Assembly (NCBI GenBank): GCA_977020255.1
Contig: CDROCS010002597.1
Coordinates: forward strand, 372,001-407,041
Direction: 5' to 3'
Source of the DNA: Obrimoposthia wandeli
Taxonomy: Eukaryota
DNA: 35,041 nucleotides
A model generated the notes under the pieces. The model saw only the letters and a list, made by a program, of their open reading frames with translations, searched no databases and was not told where the DNA came from. Both the position numbers and the translations under genes were made by a program. This document shows, piece after piece, positions 1-10,930 of this stretch. Position 1 is the first letter of the stretch; every line of letters begins with the position of its first letter.

Positions 1-305
1 TTCTGTGGGCCCCCAGGCCCTTTTACTATTTATATTATCCCCAAGGATGATAATTCTTCAGAATTATCCATAAATACTGTAATAGAAAATAGAAAAAGAA
101 AAATAACACAATAATCAAAAATTTTTAAATAAAACCGTTTAAGTAACAAAAAATGTTAGTACTATTATGTAAATCTAAATTAATTAGAAATAGAATAAAA
201 ATTTGATATATATATTTTTAAAGACGATTTAATGAAATAATATTAAAATAAAATCACCAGGAAACGCATCCTGAAATTTAATAATGGTTATTTTTAGATA
301 TAAAA

Positions 306-702
306 ATGAACAGATTGGCAAAAACTTGTAAAAAATGCAAAAAATTAGAGAAAAAGATTCGAGATGTTTCCAGACAGCATGACGACTACTATATAAAGAT
401 CACAACTCAAAATGAATCACTGAAACAGTTAATAAAACAAAGTGTGGAAAAAAAAATTGAATAATGATTTAACAATTGACGAACTAGAAGGGAGATTGGC
501 ACATAGTTTTGGCAGAATAGACAATTTAATACAACAAACTTTAAGTCAACGATCAACTATAGCCTCATTAAGAAGACAAATGATGACCTATAGCGACATG
601 ATAAACTTTTATTTGACCATTAATCCTACTATCCCAACTAATACAACACTTGATGATGGATATGACTCGGATATAAACATTGGTGAACAAAATTCTGGTT
701 AA
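306..702 (+). CDS. Putative ~131-aa coiled-coil protein, split by a 1-nt frameshift at an A9 run
   Basis: ATG at 306 reads MNRLAKTCKKCKKLEKKIRDVSRQHDDYYIKITTQNESLKQLIKQSVEKK. Removing one A from the A9 run (448-456) joins it to ORF 442-702 (LNNDLTIDELEGRLAHSFGRIDNLIQQTL...). Helical, heptad-like composition; no family recognised. Confidence 0.45.
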
Positions 703-869
703 ACTATAATCATACATCCTTCTTTTGTACAAATTGTATAACTTTTGTTAATAAGTTTATTTTCATGACAAATCCCACATACTGCATGGATAAGACTGAT
801 ATTTTTATAACTTTAAGACTGTGAAATAATTATATTATTTTATTCAACTAACAAATCTATTAAAGCAGA

Positions 870-2039
870 ATGGATAACAATCACCTGGATACGACTCCAG
901 ACCAGCTCACTCGGTCAGATCAAACAAAAAGCACAGCAAAGATAGAAAGAGGAAAAACGGAAAATATGCCAGAAAGGTGGTTTTTAGCAAAATTCTTGTA
1001 TCAAAACATGCGTCAGTTTAGCAGTGCATACTTTAGAAACAACGGAGGAAGAAAAATGTTTTCAAATCAAACATTTCTTCCTAATAAGTTAAAAATTACC
1101 ACAGAAGAAAGAACTAGCGCACTTATTTTTACCAATGAAAAAAGACCAACCCATATGGCTCTCAGTGAAATATTCCCCAACATTAATTGTGAAAAAATAG
1201 ATATTCACGTGGCACTAGGAGTAGCCCATTTAAAAACCAAATCAGATAAGACATTAAATTTTCTGATGATAGGAAATCACACCTACACCTTACAAGCAGC
1301 TCAATTAGAAAATCAATATAGCATAAAAATAGGAAGAGGACCAAATCTATTATTTATAGAAAACATAAGAAAAGCAGAAGAACCTCAACAAATAACCCTT
1401 TTTGAATTAAAAAACGCACAGAAACCAGCAATTTTATTCCTCGATTGCGAAATGGTGATATCAGTAGATAAACAGCCAGTTTTAGCAAGTGTTTCTATTA
1501 TAAATTACATAGGTAACGTAATTATAGATACACTGTGCGTAACTAGAGACAGAGTAAGAAATTACGTTACTAGAATAACTGGACTGTCAGATAGAAAGTT
1601 ACAAGGATGTAGAGATGCTGATGAAGTAATTGAGGAAGTAAAAAACATTGTGTATGGTAACATCATCGTAGGTGTGGGACTAACAAACGATTTAAAAGCT
1701 TTACGCCTACAGAAATGGATGTTATTCAACATTGTTGATTTAGGAATATCCAAAAGCATAAAATCAGAACTAAATCACAATCACCCAAATATTGGACTCG
1801 CCAACATGGTGCGGAAATACTTAAATATAGAAACACAAAAAGGAGTCCACACTAGCATGGAAGATGCAAATCACACCCGAAAAATTTTCATAATGAAGGA
1901 GGAAATGTTGATTAGAGAGTTTGATTTGACCGAGGTGATGAATCCACCATCTTGCGAGAACAACCCCAGTTCATCCTTCTCGCATAAGACCGGAAACTCG
2001 GAGTCCGGTACACAAAACTCCCTGATTTTGTTGGATTAA
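870..2039 (+). CDS. Intronless DEDDh 3'-5' exonuclease (REX4/ISG20-like domain) with an unrecognised ~185-aa N-terminal region
   Basis: 389-aa ORF. ExoI LFLDCEMV (D192, E194), VRNYVTRITGL, ExoII GVGLTNDL (D274) and ExoIII HTSMEDA (H327, D332) are all present. AATAAA at 2120-2125. Confidence 0.85.
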   Translation: MDNNHLDTTPDQLTRSDQTKSTAKIERGKTENMPERWFLAKFLYQNMRQFSSAYFRNNGGRKMFSNQTFLPNKLKITTEERTSALIFTNEKRPTHMALSEIFPNINCEKIDIHVALGVAHLKTKSDKTLNFLMIGNHTYTLQAAQLENQYSIKIGRGPNLLFIENIRKAEEPQQITLFELKNAQKPAILFLDCEMVISVDKQPVLASVSIINYIGNVIIDTLCVTRDRVRNYVTRITGLSDRKLQGCRDADEVIEEVKNIVYGNIIVGVGLTNDLKALRLQKWMLFNIVDLGISKSIKSELNHNHPNIGLANMVRKYLNIETQKGVHTSMEDANHTRKIFIMKEEMLIREFDLTEVMNPPSCENNPSSSFSHKTGNSESGTQNSLILLD

Positions 2040-2431
2040 GGTAGTATTGTTATTATTTTATTTCTGTTTTCATTTTTGTCTAAATTTTTAACGATATTTA
2101 ACCAGACATGATTGTGATTAATAAAACATTGATCAGTTGTAACATACAAACAACACTAGGTAACAATAGGAACAAGACAAAATAGTTTAACTAATAATTA
2201 AGATATAAATTATGATTCTGAGGACAGAGACTTTTATGACCCGGAGGATTGTTGGGAAAATATATTAAATAATTGTTTTAAAAAAGAAAAAGAAAAATAT
2301 AAAATTTTTAAAGAAATAAAAGAAAAAAGAGAATTAATTAATTAAAAATTAATTGGGAACTTTCCTTAATTAGGGAAAAGTTCCGATTTTTAGAATTGTG
2401 CACTTTGGCATTTTAGTCAATAGAGTGATCA

Positions 2432-2483
2432 ATCTCCGACGGGAAAAAAGCCCGTTTCGCCCTGCCGGGCTCATCAGGGAGAT
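2432..2483 (-). ncRNA. Type I hammerhead ribozyme (HHR1), intact core
   Basis: Minus strand: AUCUCC-CUGAUGA-GCCC(GGCA)GGGC-GAAA-CGGG(CUUUUUU)CCCG-UC-GGAGAU. It has a 6-bp stem I, 4-bp stem II, stem III and a GUC triplet. Predicted cleavage between 2438 and 2437. Confidence 0.9.
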
Positions 2484-2488
2484 GGCGT

Positions 2489-3042
2489 GTTATCTCTAAC
2501 TTCGCGGTGGATTCCGCGAAGCCAGAGATAACAATAATAAAGCCAGGGAAAAGATTTCCCTTTCATGTGCCGACGAATATCGTCGACATGTGGTGTTAGT
2601 GTGCGCAAGTGCACCATTCACACACACACACACTCACTCAACATTAACACATCACTCAACTCACTCATTCACTCTCACTACTCACTCAATCGCTCACACA
2701 ATCCCTTGCTCACTCACTCCCTACTCACCTATTCTTTGTGCATGTGTGTGTTTAATTTGGCATTTTACACCTGCCCAGAATTTTGAATGACGGTGAAATT
2801 TCCCGGCTGCACATGTGTGTGTGTGTGCAGAGCCGGGAAATGCCAGTTTCCTCTACCCAGGTCTTTTCCTAATGACGGTGAAATTTCCCGGCTGCACATG
2901 TGTGTGTGTGCAGAGCCGGGAAATGCCAGTTCTGGTGGTGTTTCGGGCAGGCAACGAGGATTGATAACTGCCGGTTTTCCCACCTGCCCATCTGCTTATA
3001 TCGAATCTATGCAGTCGAATTGCAGATATATAGACGGGCAGG
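2489..3042. other. GC-rich cluster of nested hairpins, including a 63/61-bp direct repeat
   Basis: Paired arms: GTTATCTCT 2489/AGAGATAAC 2532 enclosing CTTCGCGG/CCGCGAAG; GGGAAA/TTTCCC 2546-2560; CATGT-CGACGA/TCGTCG-ACATG 2564-2590; CCTGCCC 2770/GGGCAGG 2951; CCTGCCC-ATCTGC 2983/GCAGAT-GGGCAGG 3042. Direct repeats at 2786-2848 and 2871-2931 each fold via ATTTCCCGGCT/AGCCGGGAAAT. Confidence 0.75.
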
Positions 3043-3130
3043 AAAGAAATTGCTATATAATTTTACAATTGATAGAAACAAAAATTATTATGAAATTACC
3101 AAAAACACGAAACTATTATATTTAATTCAG

Positions 3131-3826
3131 ACAATTTTTGGGATCGTGATTTTGAATTGGAACACAAGTTGTGATTTTATGAAAATTTAAATATTATTGA
3201 AACTACAATTTTTGGGATCGTGATTTTGAATTGGAACACAAGTTGTGATTTTATGAAAATTTAAATATTATTGAAACTACAATTTTTGGGATCGTGATTT
3301 TGAATTGGAACACAAGTTGTGATTTTATGAAAATTTAAATATTATTGAAACTACAATTTTTGGGATCGTGATTTTGAATTGGAACACAAGTTGTGATTTT
3401 ATGAAAATTTAAATATTATTGAAACTACAATTTTTGGGATCGTGATTTTGAATTGGAACACAAGTTGTGATTTTATGAAAATTTAAATATTATTGAAACT
3501 ACAATTTTTGGGATCGTGATTTTGAATTGGAACACAAGTTGTGATTTTATGAAAATTTAAATATTATTGAAACTACAATTTTTGGGATCGTGATTTTGAA
3601 TTGGAACACAAGTTGTGATTTTATGAAAATTTAAATATTATTGAAACTACAATTTTTGGGATCGTGATTTTGAATGGGAACACAAGTTGTGATTTTATGA
3701 AAATTTAAATATTATTGAAACTACAATTTTTGGGATCGTGACTTTGAATTGGAACACAAGTTGTGATTTTATGAAAATTTAAATATTATTGAAACTACAA
3801 TTTTTGGGATCGTGATTTTTGAATTG
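3131..3826. repeat. 74-bp tandem satellite, ~9.4 near-identical units
   Basis: GGGATC recurs at 3140, 3214, 3288, 3362, 3436, 3510, 3584, 3658, 3732 and 3806, an exact 74-bp period. The unit contains the CACAA-G-TTGTG palindrome. Confidence 0.95.
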
Positions 3827-4183
3827 AATAAAAGTTATTTGCAAGTTATTGGACTTTTAACACAAAGACCAAAATAGAAAACCTCATCTCTGTAAAATCT
3901 AAGAGTAAAAATCAATATTTTCGTGCACACAAGATATGTATTAAAGATAAGATAGCCAAATGATGAGTTCTTCATGAATGCATGTGTCGAGATTAACAAT
4001 AGAATTGTGAACTCTGGATTTTTAAACATTTAATTATTAAAAAATTGTAATTATAATTAATTTTAAAATTTGATGTTTAATTATAGAATTGATGGAGAGA
4101 TTGTTAATTGGGATGTTGTTAATTAGAATTTAATAAATGCACTTTGATATTTTGTTTTTTTTATAAAAAAGAAAATTTTAACT

Positions 4184-4227
4184 CCAGACCGGCTAAGCCA
4201 GTTTCGCCTGGCTAGGCTCGTCAGTGA
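4184..4227 (-). ncRNA. Type I hammerhead ribozyme (HHR2), intact core, short stem I
   Basis: Minus strand: UCA-CUGACGA-GCCU(AGCC)AGGC-GAAA-CUGGC(UUA)GCCGG-UC-UGG, with a GUC triplet. Predicted cleavage between 4187 and 4186. Confidence 0.85.
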
Positions 4228-5710
4228 TGGGGCGAATATATAATGTATTTATCCAGAAATTCTGCCCAAGGAGGCAGAACAGCCAGAACAAGCGGTTTGG
4301 AGGACCGTTTCACTCTCCTCCGATATTCTCTTTTCACTGTGGCCTTCCTCTAACTGTAGTAGGGACAATCTTCTTTGCCAGTTCTACACAGCATCCCACT
4401 GGCGCCACTGTCGCTTCAATTCTGATGCTGCTACTTATCACAGCGGCAACAACAACAGCAGGCCGACATTTTTGTGTATATGCTCAGATACATGCAGAAT
4501 ACACCACACACGCACAATCTGTAACACAATGCATAATATCTTCCTATTCTCACTCCTCAACATCCTCTTACTGTCCTTCCTCTCTCAGACACAATTTTGT
4601 GTCATTGTGCCTGTATTTGGTAAATTGTATGCGTGTGTATATGGATCTCTGTGCTACATCGACAACATTGACTAGCAACAAACTTTGCTTGTCGGTTTAT
4701 CTCTCTCCTCAATTCCTCAACAGCTCGGACCAGCAATGCAATAACAGCAGTATCTATCTTTCTGGTTCAATCTAATTGTAACAATTTCAGATTCCATGTC
4801 ACAATTCTGTCTCTCCCTGTCTTATCTCTCATCTTTTGTGTGTGTGGAGAGGATGCATTCTGACAAACCTTTGATATGTGTTCGTCCATTACCGTCTGTT
4901 GCCACGCGGATGGAGGGGTTAACCATAGCCAGATGAAATTATGAGCCAAAACAGACAATTTCCCCCTCTCTTGGTCTTGGCAGCCAACAGCGCTACTTTC
5001 TTCACCAGTCCGTTCACAACAGCTTGAGTGCAGCCTTGGTACCAATAAAATTCTCTCTAATCGATATAAAACAGCAGTCATGCTGTTAATATCTTTCCAA
5101 ATTTGCCCAATAAATATAATTTATCAAGCATTATTTTTGAAATTAACTGTTATTTTATTCAACTATTTGAAACATCAAATGCTCATTTCTATTATTGTTA
5201 GATTAAAGGAAAGCTAAATTAAAACTAAATAATACATTTATATATAACGAATATTTAACCTCAAAATATTGAAAGTTAAAAATAAAATAATTAAAGAATA
5301 TGTTTTTTAAATAAATTAGAATAAGTTCTTTTAGATAAAGTGAGATCTTGGAGAGGTCTTTAAAATGTGTATAAAAATAAAAGTGTAAAAACACAGAAGA
5401 AAATTGAGACATAGAATTAAGGCAATCATTAAGAAAACGAGAAAGATTCTATAATCAGAATTCACAGTCCATTCGCGGAAGAAGAATCGTGACTGCTACA
5501 TTCCGATCAGCGACATCACGAACGACAACAATTTCTTACGATAACGCAGAAAATGCAATTAAAGCAGAAACGTCAAGTCTAACTGAAGGACTACAGAGAA
5601 GTCAATTTTACTTGAAGAAAAGCGTGAATACCAGGATATCGCATCAAAATGACAACGAAAATCGGTGAGGGAGAACGAAATTAAAACACATTTAAACTTA
5701 ATTGTTTTAA

Positions 5711-5820
5711 AGTAAAATCAAACTAGAAGTAAATTGATTTGAAGTAAAATCAAAGAAGAAGTAAATTGATTTGATGTAAAATCAAAGAGTAAATTGATTT
5801 TGAAGTAAATTTGAAATAGA
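5711..5820. repeat. Degenerate ~32-bp tandem repeat (3-4 units)
   Basis: AGTAAATTGATTTGA(A/T)GTAAAATCAAAG recurs, with an internal TTGATTT/AAATCAA inverted pair. Confidence 0.7.
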
Positions 5821-8800
5821 GCAAATTTATTTTGAAATGAGCATTTTCTTGTCGTGTAATTTAGTAATCAGTAAAGTTATAAAGCTTCGCCTTGCTGTTG
5901 TGTAAAGTTTTAGATTGTGACATAGATTACTGAGAAGACTCCATACCTGTGTTTCAAAATAAATATAGTTTAAAATTAAAATAACTACACGAATTTCCTT
6001 TTTGGTATTAACCATTCTTTAAATATCCTTCAGAGCAACTAGAAGATCGTTCAGCCGATAGCTAACCAACGAGACAGTAATCTAAGCCTTGATACATTCA
6101 TCAATGTCGATTAATTCCGGTTTAATTTTACCTATTTTTAGTCTTGGTTTCTGCAACTGATAACATTTACAGTAAAAGGTTAAAGAAAGTGATCAATTCG
6201 ATACTTAATTTGTTATATGTTCTCAAAAAACTTTCCAAAAAATTATTATTTCACACAATGAAAACACACATACACATTGACACTCACACATTCAAATGCA
6301 GGAGCATGCAATGTTGCAGAAGGAATATCTAGCATGTGAAATGTTATATTTCCATAAAGACACAACATCGGAAATATTTATTGACATATTTCGCATACAA
6401 TTCTTCCTCATACATCTCATTACTCACGCCAACACAGTTCGTGTGATAATGGTCTTTCTTAAAAAACCTTTTTAATATAGTTGGGTAGGCCAATTTGGAC
6501 CAACACCTTGACTCACTCGCAATCAAGAATACGTCATGTGACAATGCTTACGATTATTGTACATAAAATACGTAACTTAGCTGAGTTGTAAGATTCAATC
6601 ACTTTCTTGTAAATCTACTGGCGTCAATAAATCAACTTTCCAGCGATCAATTTGATCAATATGACAATTAAATTGTAGTTTTGTTATCAAATTTACTGGT
6701 TTCTTTATAAAATATACGAAAATTAGATTGTACTATTGTGAATTTCCACTCATTTTTTCAACTGGCAAGAATTTATGGCACTTGTTATCATGTAACAAAA
6801 TGAACAACTAACAAATCGGTTATCTCTTAATGAGCAAAAAACTGACAGCAAGTAATTTATTTTTAGAAATAAATAAAACCTAAGCTCATGGATAACAGTG
6901 ATGTATGTGTTGAGGTTTAGAATCAGACGAATTAAAATGAAAAAAAAATTAAATGGCTTTATTTATAGTCCTGGCCAAGAACATTTTGAAACCCTGAATA
7001 TTAAAATAAATTAAAAAATTAATAAAAAAGTTGACAAAATACATAAATTAATTATTCCCCAGAAATAATGAAAATTAATAAATCGCATGTGACTGCTGAT
7101 TCAACTGCATAAATACAAGTTCCATGAGACACTACAACAGTGGATTTGTCCTCAGCACATAAGCAGTAGAAACTGTATCAGAAAATCAGCAAAGACATTT
7201 TTGGAAATTCCAAGTTATCTCGTCGCTAATTTGACGAGAGAATATATAAAAAAGAGGAGCAGCCGATTTTGGAAATAAGAGGACAAGTACTGAACGAAGA
7301 AGGACGACTCAACGGATAGCAGTGAGGACCGACTTATTCATGTTATTTTATCATACTTTATTGTAAAACTCATTATAAAATCATGACTTGGTTAAAAATA
7401 AATAAATTGTTTATCAAGAAATTTCAACTATACTGTAAACGGACATTATTGTTTTAATATCAAATTCGGGGTAAACTTCTAAACTTGAAAGAGCCCAAGC
7501 CTTTCATAAACTCAATCCATTTTCATCGAAAATAAAATCAACCTGTAACCGGCAAAATATTAGTTGAAAACCAGACACATCTGGAACAGTTGGACCCATT
7601 ATAGCTGACATTATTGAACGCATTTTTATTACTTGTATTTGTACTAACGTGTTCGTATTATAATTCGCGTATCATTTTTTGTTGTAAATAAACGAAGACA
7701 TGTTCACCTAGAGAATAGCCCCACGCGTAAGCCACACACATATTTTTCTAGGATAATCAACATTTAATTGAGGCATAAAAATAAATTAACCTTCATATAA
7801 TTTTTGAGACTAAAAAGGATAGGCCGTCCATACAAGACCTATCACTCTAAAGAACTCACGCATCAAAGGCTTCTCTAAGAACTATTTCAACTCTGGTCCC
7901 ACATATGTCGTATATGTTAATTTGAATAATTCTCATAGGTATTTTCATTCATTTAAAGTCCTTACACCGTATCAAATTGAATATAATGGTATAAAAATAT
8001 CAAAGAATAATATAAAAAAGTATGCAAACACACAAAAGTAACACAGTTTTCTCATTTTTGAAATGTTTTTGATCTATACGAAATGGAGCAAAAAATAAAG
8101 TTCTATTATTTTCTTCTCAAAAAAAAATCTGATGACGTTTATAATGGAATCTAAGGTCTTTTTAATTTTCTTATCAGCTCTACTTCTACTAAACCTGTTA
8201 TGTCAACGCAGTTTATATGAGAGCTTTTTCTAAGATGTGGCACTGTTTTCACTCTGGATCCAATTTGCAATATAGATAATGGCAGGTTTCCATCGATCTT
8301 TCCATATCATTCACAGAAATTTTTTATTTACATTAAAATTTTAACCTTTAATTGATTTTTTAAAATGATTTTTTTTTACAATATAAAACTATTTAAAGTA
8401 CCTAATAGTATTTTGAAATCATCTATAACGCCTTAGAAGACTTTAAAAAAATCTTTATTCGGTATGTGTTTGTTTATATATACTGCACAAGATTTATTGA
8501 TGAATTTCTAAAGTGGAATTATACACTTATTTAAATTATGCTAACAAAACATTCCAGCACGTATAGATTTTTAGTAAAAATTAGAATATCGATTTATATA
8601 TATTCTACGTAACACATGCAAAAAGTGTTATTTATTTATAAAGATAAAAATATATCAAATAGTGAATTTCTCTTTTGTAGGATCTCTCCGAACATTGTAT
8701 AAAATACAACAAAATTACAAAAAAAATACAAGCCTTCGTCATACTCATCACTTAAAGTTTCTGGAAAACGTATGAATGGGAATTAAAACAGCAGTTTTCG

Positions 8801-9144
8801 ACACCCGAGATAATCTTTACAAATTGCTTCATTAAACAACTTTTTGTGGAGAGGTAAAATTTTGTTTCATTTCATTTGGCCAACTTAATAAATTTGTGAA
8901 ACAATTACGACAGAAAAACATGAACCATGCTATATGTTGATCTCCAATCGCACATGGAAATACTTTAAATGTGCTTCTGTAAGTTAATATTATTATAATT
9001 GAATATAAAAACAAGGATTTCTTTATTGTACATATTATGTTATGCAATTTCAAAGTGAATTAAAATAACTTTTATAAAATCAATTAACTTAAAAGCTTAT
9101 ATGGTGGAAGAAATTCAAGAGCTTAATTGAAATGATCGTAAGAT

Positions 9145-9275
9145 CGGGATTTAGAAAATTATTTTCAAGATGTTACTGAAATGGAAAGTCGATACCAAAG
9201 GCAATGTAATTATAATATTGCAGCTGATTACAGCTCGAATTTAATACAAGATGTTTCTCGACCAGACTACACAGA
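9145..9275 (+). mobile_element. Possible C-terminal remnant of a CMC/Chapaev-type transposase
   Basis: Frame reads LENYFQDVTEMESRYQRQCNYNIAADY, resembling the remembered motif ERFHQDIxxMExRYQGxWxxNMxADY. Short match only. Confidence 0.35.
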
Positions 9276-9752
9276 CAATCTCTAACTAATTAAAATGTTT
9301 GTATCTTTTATAACATATTGTATTGTATAAATAGGTTGTGCATTGTGAGAGAAAAGGAGTTGTGATACAAATTTACGAGGGGTTTTATTCGAATCAACAT
9401 CAAACATACTACAAACCAAATGGAAAATATCGAATCAGGGTTGGAAAATATGTCTTGAACCATACAATAATAGATCTAAAAAAGAAAGCTATATGAGCAA
9501 ACAGTCTGATTGAAAATAGCTTACATTTACAACATTTTAATGTTAAAATTTCTATAAATTTTCTTCAGGACTGTAGACATATTTAGAAAAAAGAACATTG
9601 ACTCCTTGTAACCTCACTCTAATTTATTGTTTAAATTTAATTAAATACATTTCAAATAGTAAAATTGAATGAAATCAAAAATATGATTCTGCAAACGTTT
9701 AATTCCAATACAATAAAAGTACAAAAACTATTATATATTTATTTTAAAAATG

Positions 9753-9980
9753 CTAAACATCACCTTTCTTTGACAAATAATAAGAATTCATACACGTTTT
9801 AAATGATTTCAACTGATCTTGACATTTTCGCCAATCTCGATTATCACCCATACATTCCATTACAGCATAATGCATTTCAAGACATCCGGATTTCTTTATT
9901 GCTTCTTCAACCATATCTGTTTCTTCATCATCATCTTTAGGTTTCGGAACTGTAAAATTATGTCCTTTCATTTCTGACAT
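9753..9980 (-). CDS. COA4: Cytochrome c oxidase assembly factor 4 (CHCHD8), 75 aa
   Basis: MSEMKGHNFTVPKPKDDDEETDMVEEAIKKSGCLEMHYAVMECMGDNRDWRKCQDQLKSFKTCM: twin CX9C motifs plus DDDEE-x-D, SGC...H-x-AV-x-ECM and DWRxCQ, typical of COA4. ATG at 9980, TAG at 9753. Confidence 0.9.
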   Translation of the reverse strand: MSEMKGHNFTVPKPKDDDEETDMVEEAIKKSGCLEMHYAVMECMGDNRDWRKCQDQLKSFKTCMNSYYLSKKGDV

Positions 9981-10930
9981 AGTGAAAATGAAAATATTAA
10001 TCAACTTTTAATTGACTAACAACTTAATATTTTATGTGGAACAATCACATGAAATTATAATAAAGTTTATCATATATTTACAGTAGTTGTAATTGCAATA
10101 TAACTATAAAATCATTTAAAATTTTTAAATAGTCTTTAGGTTATTTTAATTATGTGAAAAATTTAATATTTAAACTAAGACTAGAAAAAATTATGCCCAA
10201 AAGTCGTAATTGGATGATAACGACAAAAGCAGGATTTTTAAATTATGGATAAAAAACCTTTCGTACAGAAAATTTGAAAAAAATTCCCTACTATTTTCAT
10301 GATTTTTTATTCAATGTTCACTGGGATAATATGTCTAATAGGAACACAAGCATGAATTATATGCTAGAACAGAAATGTCTATGACTCTATAAAGATTGAT
10401 TAAAACAATCACATACAGGCATGATTAATAGAAAATAGTTCCTCGCCTTTATGAAATCCATAAATGAATGAGAATTAAATTTAATAATAGAGCACAAAAT
10501 TGGTGATACTAATTTTTGTCTTATAATAATTTTGACGTATTAAAATTATTGACATGATCTATGGATTGATCCTACTATTTTCTCCTGTTCAAAATTCAAC
10601 TCCGCTCTTATGAGCTATCACCCCGAATGACTTCAGTCTTTTGGTATTAGAAGATAATACAATTAATTATAAAAATTCAAAGTGATTATTAAATGAAGCT
10701 CATTTAAATAATTCTTCAATGTTAAACTTCTTAAACAGAAACAATGTCAAAGAACTCTTGAATATATTAATATTTTTCAATTTCTTAGTCAAAGGAGCAA
10801 CTGATTAGATATTTTTGCAAAAAATTTAAGTAAATGATATTCTGAACTTTTCACAAAAATGTATTGGGAATCTTAGCAAAACGAATCTATGCTGTAAAAC
10901 CCAAATATAATTTAATTGGTGGGTTCAAAG

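Noticed and set aside
2203-2345. 48-codon open frame DINYDSEDRDFYDPEDCWENIL... after the exonuclease
   Set aside because: No start codon or clear splice acceptor, and the second half is A-rich low complexity.
2565-3190. Short overlapping ORFs in the hairpin region
   Set aside because: Cys/Val/His/Thr-rich products arise from TG/CA repeats; no recognisable domain.
3131-3826. 74-bp array as a CRISPR array
   Set aside because: The units are identical end to end with no unique spacers, there are no cas genes, and the context is eukaryotic.
5414-6110. Possible + strand exons (ELRQSLRKRE...HQNDNENR followed by GTGAG)
   Set aside because: The splice signals are plausible, but no family was recognised and no coherent gene model could be built.
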